Virus record (IMG/VR): IMGVR_UViG_3300030110_003038
Coordinates: 1-59,633 of that record
Length of the DNA stretch: 59,633 nt
Origin: a virus
Taxonomy: Duplodnaviria > Caudoviricetes
Direction: 5' to 3' (one strand)
This document shows positions 7,804-15,844 of this stretch, one piece after another. The position numbers and the translations under genes were made by a program. Position 1 is the first letter of the stretch. Every line of letters begins with the position of its first letter. Below the pieces are notes generated by a model, which did not search any database, was not told the origin of the DNA, and saw only the letters and a list, made by a program, of their open reading frames with translations.

Positions 7804-8345
7804 ATAAACTAAAATCAATTAAAATCAAAGGAAAGGATTATGTTGAGGTTCATGAAAGACTTAAGTATTTCAGAGCCACATATCCTAAGTATTCTCTCAC
7901 TACTGAAGTAATAGAGAAAACAGAAGCATCTATATTAGTTATGGCTATTATTAAAGATGATAATGATAGGATCTTGGCAACTGGTTTAGCCGAAGAGTCT
8001 AAAAATTCTACATTTATAAACAAAACAAGTTATGTAGAAAATGCCGAAACTTCAGCTTGGGGTAGAGCATTAGGTAATTTAGGAATAGGATTAGACACCT
8101 CAGTAGCAAGTGCCGATGAGGTAGTTAATGCAATAGCTAATCAAAATAAACCTGTTAAGGTTGCTCAAGAAACTAAGAAGGAAGGGAAGTGGACATTAGA
8201 GGTGAAGGATGAAAAGTGGGATGTGGTCCTACAATGGATAGCTAAAAACAAGAAAAAGGGATTAGCTAAACTAATAGAAGAGTTAGAAAAAGACTTATAT
8301 ATCATCGGTGATGATGTGAAGGTAGAACTAAAAAAACATGTATAG
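7800..8345 (+). CDS. Rad52/Sak-like single-strand annealing protein
   Basis: IKGKDYVEVHERL...ENAETSAWGRALGNLGIG; adjacent to exonuclease and SSB. Confidence 0.65.
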   Translation: MNKLKSIKIKGKDYVEVHERLKYFRATYPKYSLTTEVIEKTEASILVMAIIKDDNDRILATGLAEESKNSTFINKTSYVENAETSAWGRALGNLGIGLDTSVASADEVVNAIANQNKPVKVAQETKKEGKWTLEVKDEKWDVVLQWIAKNKKKGLAKLIEELEKDLYIIGDDVKVELKKHV

Positions 8346-9147
8346 CCCTATGGACCCACAAGCAATAGTCTTGGATAAACTCCAAGATGACATTAATTAT
8401 TATGGTGATTATGGTAAGCAGTTTTTATCATATTCAGACATAAAAACCTTGTTTAATAATAAAAAGTTATTTAAACAAGACATACCTAAAAGTAAGGCAA
8501 TGATTGAAGGTTCTTACTTTCATACTGCTATGCTTGAGCCTACAAGAGTAAAGGAGTATCAAGTAGTAGATGTATCATCAAGATCGACTAAAGCCTACAA
8601 AGAAATGTGTCCCCCTGGAGAAATTCTTCTCTTGCAAAAAGAGAAAGAACATCTCGATTTATTGGTAGACACTATGCAAGGTAATTTAGAGATGTCATCT
8701 ATAATATATAGTGAAGGTAATAACTTTGAGGTTCCAGAAACTGAATCTATTATGAATAATCTTTGGAAAGGCAAAGCTGATATTGTAACAAATTCACCTT
8801 TTCAAGTAATAGCAGAGGATGAAAATGGAGATGAAAAAGTTATAAATTATTCTGAAGGTGCAGTTATAGATTTAAAAACTACATCTGATTTGACAAAATT
8901 TAGGTTTTCATTTTTTACTTATAATTATGATGCCCAGGCCTATATTTATCAAAGGCTATTTAACAAACCAATGTTGTTTCTTATTATTGATAAACAAACA
9001 ATGGAATTAGCCATGAGACCTGTTTCTCCTGAAACAATTGAAAAAGGTCAACTTAAAGTACAACATGCAACTAAAATATATGAGAAATTTTTCGGTGATA
9101 AGGCAACTCATGACGTTAATTCGTTCATTGATAAGCAACTTATATAA
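8338..9147 (+). CDS. PD-(D/E)xK exonuclease (RecE/ExoVIII-like, DUF3799 type)
   Basis: GSYFHTAMLEP, KGKAD...IDLKTT, YNYDAQAYIY. Confidence 0.85.
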   Translation: MYSPMDPQAIVLDKLQDDINYYGDYGKQFLSYSDIKTLFNNKKLFKQDIPKSKAMIEGSYFHTAMLEPTRVKEYQVVDVSSRSTKAYKEMCPPGEILLLQKEKEHLDLLVDTMQGNLEMSSIIYSEGNNFEVPETESIMNNLWKGKADIVTNSPFQVIAEDENGDEKVINYSEGAVIDLKTTSDLTKFRFSFFTYNYDAQAYIYQRLFNKPMLFLIIDKQTMELAMRPVSPETIEKGQLKVQHATKIYEKFFGDKATHDVNSFIDKQLI

Positions 9148-9281
9148 AAAATATAAAAAGAAAAAACAATCAACTCACTTTCAAGTGGATGTTCCAAACA
9201 CTTGTAGTAGTTGGAAAGAAAGAAGACAAATTCTTTCTATAACAAGAAAATTTTTGGAACAAAACATTAAAATTGTAAAAA

Positions 9282-9572
9282 ATGAGTAATCAAGATCAGA
9301 AGATTTATTGTGGAAGTGGGGTAGAAAAATTTGATGGTGGATTGGTAGAAATATCAGTTTGTTTATCAGACATCCCAAAAGAACATAGGTTTGAGTATAA
9401 TGGAAAATGGTATGCTAAACTTAAAGTTCAAAAAAAGAGAGAGGTTGATGAGTATGGTAAGACTCATCATGTATCTATTAATACCTGGAAACCAGAAGCC
9501 AAAGAAAATAAGGCAGAACAACCAGTGGTACAGAAAGAAGAAAAGGAAGTTAGTCCAGATCTGCCTTTCTAA
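9282..9572 (+). CDS. Putative single-stranded DNA-binding protein
   Basis: Short beta-rich protein with an acidic tail ending DLPF; recombination-module context. Confidence 0.6.
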   Translation: MSNQDQKIYCGSGVEKFDGGLVEISVCLSDIPKEHRFEYNGKWYAKLKVQKKREVDEYGKTHHVSINTWKPEAKENKAEQPVVQKEEKEVSPDLPF

Positions 9573-9699
9573 ATGTGTTTGGACGTAAGAAATAGGAGAC
9601 TGGAAAGAGTCATGCTCTTTTATAATGATCACACTAACTTACGACCTTGACATTAGAGTTAGAGGAGTGCGTGGTTTCACTTCTCTTCTCTTTTGTCTA

Positions 9700-9803
9700 A
9701 TGTCAAATGACAAAAAAAAATTAGTATTGAACCCTATAATAATAATTTGTATTATCTTTTTTTTATAATATTATATATTATTATTTATTGACAGAATTGA
9801 CAT
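9700..9803. repeat. TGTC/GACA repeat cluster flanking an AT-rich spacer (origin-like), copy B
   Basis: ATGTCAAATGACA (9700-9712) ... TTGACAGAATTGACAT (9788-9803), directly upstream of the primase-helicase. Confidence 0.55.
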
Positions 9804-9867
9804 AATAGAGTAAAATCTATTTATATAGAAGTAAAAATTAAATTTAATTAAATTAAATCGACATAAA

Positions 9868-12279
9868 ATGGACATTACTATCTTTAAAGATATTAAAGAA
9901 ACGGCACAACCATTCTATAGAAAAGTGGATGTTATCTTAAAAAGAATTCAAGAAGGGTCCTCTAAAGATTTAGTCAAAAGGATTAGAGCTGAAAAAGACA
10001 AAGAAAAAAGAAACCTTCTTAAACAACAATTGCCAGCCATTTGTTTTAGTGGCACCTTTAATAAAAGAAACGATACATCCCTACAAGCACATAGTGGATT
10101 AATATGCTTAGACTTTGATGGCTATAAAACCAACAAAGATATGCTTCAAGAAAAAGAGAGGTTAAGTAAGAATAAATATATCTTTGCATTGTTTATTTCT
10201 CCAAGTGGAAAGGGATTAAAAGCAGTAGTAAAAATTCCTAAAGAACCTGACAATCATAAAAATTATTTTTTAAGTCTACAACATTACTTAAACTCTGAGT
10301 ATTTTGATAAGACATGTAAGAATATTTCTAGAGTATGTTATGAGTCTTATGATCCTCTTATACATATTAACACCACATCAAGTACTTGGGATAAAATAGT
10401 AGAGCAAGAATATACTGAAGTTATTAAACATGTAGATATTCCCACTATACCAGTTACTGATGAAAATAAAATTGTAGACATCCTTACTAAATGGTGGCTT
10501 AAAAAGTACCCAATGGTAGAAGGACAAAGAAACCAAAACATATACATATTGGCGGCTGCTTTTAATGATTTTGGTGTAAATCAAACCTTGGCAGAGTATG
10601 TTATGAATAACTTTGCTAGTAAAAATTTTACTGCTACTGAGATTAAAAGAACAATTACTTCTGCTTATGCCCAGGTACAAAACTTTGGTACAAAATATTA
10701 TGAAGATGAAGATAAAGTAAATTCAGTCAGAGAAAAATTAAAAAGAGGTGTCTCAAAAAAAGAAATCCGATCCCAGCTTGAAGAGTCTGATGTTGAGGTC
10801 GGAACAATAGAAAATGTATTAGTCAGACTCGAAGATGAACAGTCTAATAGTAAGTTTTGGACTAAAAATGACAAAGGAGTAATAAAGATAGTACACATAT
10901 CCTTTAAAAGTTTTCTAGAAGAGAATGGGTTCTATAAGTTTAATCCAGAAGGAAGCAGAAGTTATGTGTTTGTAAGGGTAACTAACAACCTTATTGATCA
11001 CACCTCTGAAAAAGAAATTAAAGATTTTATTTTAAACTATCTGTTAGAGATAGATGACATTACTGTATACAATTACTTTGCAGAACACACTAGGTATTTT
11101 AGAGAAGAGTTTTTAACTCTTTTATCTTCAATAGATGTATATTTTATAGAAGACACTAAAGACACTGCATACTTATATTATAAGTCAGGTGCAGTGAAAG
11201 TAACAAAAAACACTGTGACCCCTATTGATTACCTAGATTTAGGTGGTTATGTTTGGAAGGACCATGTAATAGACAGAACATTTGTAATGTGTGAGTCTAA
11301 TGAGTGTGATTATAAATCATTTATATCTAACATTTGTGGTAATGATGAGAGTAGAATAGAATCTATGAGATCTACAATAGGATATTTGCTTCATGCTTGG
11401 AAAAATTTATCCTATAGCCCCGCCACAATACTTAATGATGAGCAGATTTCTGATTCTCCAGAAGGTGGAACTGGTAAAGGTTTGTTTATTAATGCTTTGT
11501 CTCACATGAAGAAGGTTGTGGTGATAGATGGAAAATCTTTTAATTTTGAGAAATCCTTTGCATATCAACTTGTAAGTGCAGATACTCAGATCCTATGCTT
11601 TGATGATGTAAGTAAGCATTTTAACTTTGAAAGACTTTTTTCTGTAGTTACTGAGGGTTTAACCTTAGAAAAGAAAAACAAAGATGCAATAAAGATACCT
11701 TTTTCTAAATCTCCTAAAGTAGCAATTACTACTAACTATGCTATAAGAGGTAAAGGCTCATCTTTTGAGAGGAGAAAGTGGGAGTTGGAGTTGGCACAGT
11801 TTTATACTAGGGAATATACTCCATTAAAAGAATTTGGTAAATTAATGTTTGGTGAATGGAATGATGATGAGTGGTGTTCATTTGACAACTTTATGATTGA
11901 GTGCTTACAGTTATATTTGAAGTCTGGATTAGTTAAGAGTGAATTTGTTAACTTGAAGATTAGAAGACTCTCGGCTGAGACATGCCATGAGTTTATAGAA
12001 TGGTGTGGAATATTAGATGATATGCCACCAAATAAAATGTTAGCAACTAATACAAAAATATTTAAACAAGACTTGTACTTTGATTTTATTGAAGACAACC
12101 CTGACTTTGCACCTAAGTCAAAAATGACAGTGTCTAGGACAAGGTTCTATAAATGGTTGACTGCTTATAATCAATTTAAATATAAGTGTGATCCTGAAGA
12201 AGGAAGAGATTCAGGAGGAAGATGGATTGTGTTTAGAAATGTACAAGACTTAGAAGAAAATGGTAAAATAGATTTTTAG
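9868..12279 (+). CDS. Primase-helicase (VirE-N/BT4734-like primase domain, PriCT-like domain, P-loop helicase)
   Basis: LKQQLPAICFSG, SGLICLDFD, FISPSGKGLK, GQRNQ, Walker A EGGTGKG, Walker B LCFDD, ITTN. Confidence 0.85.
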   Translation: MDITIFKDIKETAQPFYRKVDVILKRIQEGSSKDLVKRIRAEKDKEKRNLLKQQLPAICFSGTFNKRNDTSLQAHSGLICLDFDGYKTNKDMLQEKERLSKNKYIFALFISPSGKGLKAVVKIPKEPDNHKNYFLSLQHYLNSEYFDKTCKNISRVCYESYDPLIHINTTSSTWDKIVEQEYTEVIKHVDIPTIPVTDENKIVDILTKWWLKKYPMVEGQRNQNIYILAAAFNDFGVNQTLAEYVMNNFASKNFTATEIKRTITSAYAQVQNFGTKYYEDEDKVNSVREKLKRGVSKKEIRSQLEESDVEVGTIENVLVRLEDEQSNSKFWTKNDKGVIKIVHISFKSFLEENGFYKFNPEGSRSYVFVRVTNNLIDHTSEKEIKDFILNYLLEIDDITVYNYFAEHTRYFREEFLTLLSSIDVYFIEDTKDTAYLYYKSGAVKVTKNTVTPIDYLDLGGYVWKDHVIDRTFVMCESNECDYKSFISNICGNDESRIESMRSTIGYLLHAWKNLSYSPATILNDEQISDSPEGGTGKGLFINALSHMKKVVVIDGKSFNFEKSFAYQLVSADTQILCFDDVSKHFNFERLFSVVTEGLTLEKKNKDAIKIPFSKSPKVAITTNYAIRGKGSSFERRKWELELAQFYTREYTPLKEFGKLMFGEWNDDEWCSFDNFMIECLQLYLKSGLVKSEFVNLKIRRLSAETCHEFIEWCGILDDMPPNKMLATNTKIFKQDLYFDFIEDNPDFAPKSKMTVSRTRFYKWLTAYNQFKYKCDPEEGRDSGGRWIVFRNVQDLEENGKIDF

Positions 12280-12350
12280 GGGTATGTAGGTATCACCGAC
12301 TAAGAGATAATCTCTTAGAACTCATCTATGATAGCCGAATTTTAGAAAAT

Positions 12351-13565
12351 ATGAAAAAAATTACTGTTTTAGACCTTTTTTCAGGAATTGGGGGATTTCA
12401 CCTAGGTTTTGAAAAAGCTGGATATGACGTTAAAACTTTCTTTTCTGAAGTCGATGCTCATGCCATTGCAGTATATAAGTATAATTTTAAAAATAGTAAA
12501 TATGTCGGATCAGTTACAGATGTTCGAGGAGAACAGTTACCAAAAATTGACGCTATCACCTTTGGAAGCCCTTGCCAAGACTTTAGTGTTGCTGGAAATC
12601 GTAAAGGGATGGAAGGAGATAGATCGAGCCTTATACTTGAAGCGATTAGACTCATCGATGAGTGCCGACCAGGAGTTTTTATCTGGGAAAATGTTAAAGG
12701 AACATTCAGCTCAAATGATGGCAGAGACTTTGCGGCAATCCTCCAAGCCTTTACCAACATTGGGGGCTATAGACTTGAATGGCAATTGTGTAATACATCG
12801 TGGTTTCTACCCCAAAACAGAGAGAGAATCTACCTTGTCGGATATTCTGCAAACCCCCCAAGAGATTGGAAAGGAGTTTTTCCTATCCAAAAAGATGACA
12901 AAGTTTTTAATGGACAGATCGGGGAAAAAGGACAACGATTATCAGGTTCCGAATCTGGATGTACACGAACAATAACCTCAAGATATTGGAAGATGGGTTC
13001 TTCTGATACTTATATTAAAATGGCAGACTATAGGAATGATGAAGGGCTTAGAGTGAGGGAAGATGATGAAAGCCCTTGTTTATCTGCACGAAGACACAGT
13101 GAGAAGGATGTAAGCACTATGCCACCACTAGCAGTATCAGGAGCATTAAGAACTTATCCTAGGCAAAAGCCAAAAGGTGAAGAAGATAATAGAAAAAAAC
13201 AATTAGAAACTAGGACTGATGATGTTTCTAATGCAGTCACTACTCACCCTTTTGATAGTGTGGTTGTGCCAACACAATTAGGTAACTCTGAAAAGTATGG
13301 AAATTCAGTTAAGTCTGAGGGTGATGATGCTTTTACATTAAGATCCTCAGAACCCAATGGTGTTATAGAAAACAAATCTATAAGAAGGCTTACTCCTATA
13401 GAATGTGAAAGACTACAAGGGTTTCCTGATAATTGGACTCAATATGGAATTTATAATGGTGAGACAAAAGAAGTGAGTAACACACAAAGATATAAGATGT
13501 GTGGTAATGCAGTCACTGTTGATGTGGTTGAAGCTGTGGTTAATCAGTGCAAAGACATAATATGA
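12351..13565 (+). CDS. DNA (cytosine-5) methyltransferase with an extended variable region
   Basis: DLFSGIGG, GSPCQ, ENVKG, PQNRERIY, RRLTPIECERLQGFPD, YKMCGNAV. Confidence 0.95.
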   Translation: MKKITVLDLFSGIGGFHLGFEKAGYDVKTFFSEVDAHAIAVYKYNFKNSKYVGSVTDVRGEQLPKIDAITFGSPCQDFSVAGNRKGMEGDRSSLILEAIRLIDECRPGVFIWENVKGTFSSNDGRDFAAILQAFTNIGGYRLEWQLCNTSWFLPQNRERIYLVGYSANPPRDWKGVFPIQKDDKVFNGQIGEKGQRLSGSESGCTRTITSRYWKMGSSDTYIKMADYRNDEGLRVREDDESPCLSARRHSEKDVSTMPPLAVSGALRTYPRQKPKGEEDNRKKQLETRTDDVSNAVTTHPFDSVVVPTQLGNSEKYGNSVKSEGDDAFTLRSSEPNGVIENKSIRRLTPIECERLQGFPDNWTQYGIYNGETKEVSNTQRYKMCGNAVTVDVVEAVVNQCKDII

Positions 13566-14794
13566 AATTAAGGGATTATCAAGCTGAGATAGTTAAAAAA
13601 GGCACAGAAGTTTTAAAAAAACATAGGTTTTTGTATCTTGCTATGGAGGTTAGGACAGGAAAAACCTTGACAAGTTTGGCTATGAGTCTTGCTGTTCCCG
13701 TCCACAACCTCTTGTTTATTACAAAGAAAAAAGCCATATCAAGCATTCAAAATGATTATGATATGCTTAATCCTCACTATAACATTACTATTATAAATTA
13801 TGAAAGTCTCCATAAAGTGTCTCATGAGACAAAATGGGATATGATAGTCTGTGATGAAGCCCACTCTATGGGGGCATTTCCTAAACCAAGCCTAAGAGCA
13901 AAGACAGTAAAAGGGTTTTTGTTAAAACATAATCCTTTTGTTATACTGTTATCTGGAACTCCTACCCCTGAGTCATACTCACAAATGTATCACCAGGTTT
14001 ATGGAATCAGAACAAATCCATTTAAACAACATATTAATTTTTACAAATTTGCAAAACAATATGTTGAAGTCAAACAAAAGAAGATTGGAGCCATAAGTAT
14101 TAATGATTGGAGCCAAGGATTAAGATCAATATTAGATGTCATGAAACCATATACAATAACATACACACAAAAAGAAGCTGGCTTTAAAGTAAATACAGAT
14201 GAAGAGGTATTATATGTATCTCCTTCAGATATTACAAAATCATTAGTTAGAAAACTTACTAAAGATAGGGTTGTCGAAGGAGAAGATAATGTAATCTTAG
14301 CAGATACAGCAGTTAAGTTAATGTCAAAACTACATCAGCTTTACTCTGGTACAGTAAAATTCGAAAGTGGAGACTCAATGGTAATTGATTTATCTAAAGC
14401 AGAATTTATTAGAAAAGAATTTAAAAATAAAAAGATTGCTATTTTTTATAAATTTAAAGAAGAACTTAATGCTTTAAAAAAAGTATATCGTAAAGGTTTA
14501 TGTACAGAACTAGAAGATTTTAACACTACCAATAAAAGTATTGCTCTACAGATTGTGTCAGGAAGAGAGGGTATAAGTTTAAAGAATGCTCAGGCTTTGG
14601 TGTATTATAACATAGATTTTAGTGCTACAAGCTATTGGCAATCTAGAGATAGGATGACAACAAAAAACAGATTGTATAATAAAATATATTGGATATTTAC
14701 TGAAGGTGGTATTGAGAATGATATATATAAGAGTGTTATTAAAAAGAAGGATTATACCCTTAATCACTTCAAAAAGGATTTATTAAATTTGTAA
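13562..14794 (+). CDS. SF2 (SNF2-like, DEAH) helicase
   Basis: LRDYQ, MEVRTGKT, CDEAH, LSGTP, EGISL, QSRDR; start revised to MKLRDYQ. Confidence 0.9.
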   Translation: MKLRDYQAEIVKKGTEVLKKHRFLYLAMEVRTGKTLTSLAMSLAVPVHNLLFITKKKAISSIQNDYDMLNPHYNITIINYESLHKVSHETKWDMIVCDEAHSMGAFPKPSLRAKTVKGFLLKHNPFVILLSGTPTPESYSQMYHQVYGIRTNPFKQHINFYKFAKQYVEVKQKKIGAISINDWSQGLRSILDVMKPYTITYTQKEAGFKVNTDEEVLYVSPSDITKSLVRKLTKDRVVEGEDNVILADTAVKLMSKLHQLYSGTVKFESGDSMVIDLSKAEFIRKEFKNKKIAIFYKFKEELNALKKVYRKGLCTELEDFNTTNKSIALQIVSGREGISLKNAQALVYYNIDFSATSYWQSRDRMTTKNRLYNKIYWIFTEGGIENDIYKSVIKKKDYTLNHFKKDLLNL

Positions 14795-14795
14795 T

Positions 14796-15017
14796 ATGAG
14801 GTTTATTAAGTTTACTCTTATTTGGATAAGCCAAAACTTAGCAATACCTTTTTGGGTTGTTGGACACATTCATCTCTCTATTCATTCATTTCATGACTTA
14901 ATAGAGATTGGTTCATCATTAGGAATGAATATAATTGTAGGAGTAGGTTTTTATTTAGATTATAAAAATGACAGAGCAACAGATACAAAGCAAAAGAATA
15001 AAAGAGTTAGAAGCTAA
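14796..15017 (+). CDS. Small membrane protein
   Basis: Two hydrophobic segments and a basic C-terminus. Confidence 0.55.
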   Translation: MRFIKFTLIWISQNLAIPFWVVGHIHLSIHSFHDLIEIGSSLGMNIIVGVGFYLDYKNDRATDTKQKNKRVRS

Positions 15018-15207
15018 AGGGTACTATGTTATTAAATTAATTAAAACTAATAAAAACGGAATACCTGATTTACTAGCAATACCTCCTAACTGTGAGGTTT
15101 TGTTTTCTGAAGTAAAAACACCAAAGGGGAGAGTTTCAGCTTTACAAAAGTATAGGTTAAAAGAATTAAAAGAATATGGATACAACACCGAAGTATATAA
15201 AGGATAG
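14968..15207 (+). CDS. VRR-NUC domain nuclease
   Basis: EQQIQ...GIPDLL...FSEVKTPKGRVSALQ; next to the SF2 helicase. Confidence 0.9.
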   Translation: MTEQQIQSKRIKELEAKGYYVIKLIKTNKNGIPDLLAIPPNCEVLFSEVKTPKGRVSALQKYRLKELKEYGYNTEVYKG

Positions 15208-15499
15208 AGGATATGAAGTTGAAGATAACTTTATAACCTCACTAGAAGAAATAGATGAACAAATAGCAATAAAAATCGCTATGTACATTGAACAAAACCT
15301 GACTGACATTTCTCCTAATGATTTTATTACTTATGTATTAGGGGGTGTTGTCCATCATTATAATGAACCAATTACTTTTGCTGTTGAAGTTATGAAAACT
15401 CATGGTCATTACATTACACTAACCGATCTGTCTATTATAGATATGGATGAGTACTTAGATTTAATTAGCTTAGGGGCTTATATAAAAACAAGTAAATGA
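15176..15499 (+). CDS. Hypothetical protein (107 aa)
   Basis: ORF track. Confidence 0.75.
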   Translation: MDTTPKYIKDRGYEVEDNFITSLEEIDEQIAIKIAMYIEQNLTDISPNDFITYVLGGVVHHYNEPITFAVEVMKTHGHYITLTDLSIIDMDEYLDLISLGAYIKTSK

Positions 15500-15645
15500 A
15501 TTATCTAGAATATTTAAACGAACACTATTTTAAAGAGAAAGGTTTTACTAAAACACCAAGTAAAATAGATAAAATAAAAGTACACAAACCAAGACAGTGT
15601 TTGAATCTTATTAAAAAATTTTTATATTTGAGTAGATGGACTTAA
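15496..15645 (+). CDS. Small hypothetical protein (49 aa)
   Basis: MNYLEYLNEHYFKEKGFTK...; ATGA overlap. Confidence 0.5.
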   Translation: MNYLEYLNEHYFKEKGFTKTPSKIDKIKVHKPRQCLNLIKKFLYLSRWT

Positions 15646-15652
15646 AACATAA

Positions 15653-15844
15653 ATGAACGATATATCTCAAGACGATGTGAATGCTATCAAGCATATTAAC
15701 TTTGTGACTAATAATTCACATGATCTTATTACCGAGTTATATGAAGATTTAATGGAAAGAGATCACAACCAGGCTAAGATAAAAGCACAAAAAGTTTGTA
15801 AGGTTATGGCTGATTTAATTCAGTCTTTGTCGGATGAAGTCTAA
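15653..15844 (+). CDS. Hypothetical protein (63 aa)
   Basis: TATATTTG box at 15623-15630; stop overlaps the convergent giant ORF stop. Confidence 0.75.
   Translation: MNDISQDDVNAIKHINFVTNNSHDLITELYEDLMERDHNQAKIKAQKVCKVMADLIQSLSDEV

Noticed and set aside
12409-12975. 188-aa overlapping ORF inside the methyltransferase
   Set aside because: TTG start, no motifs, alternative frame of a conserved gene; no frameshift is needed.
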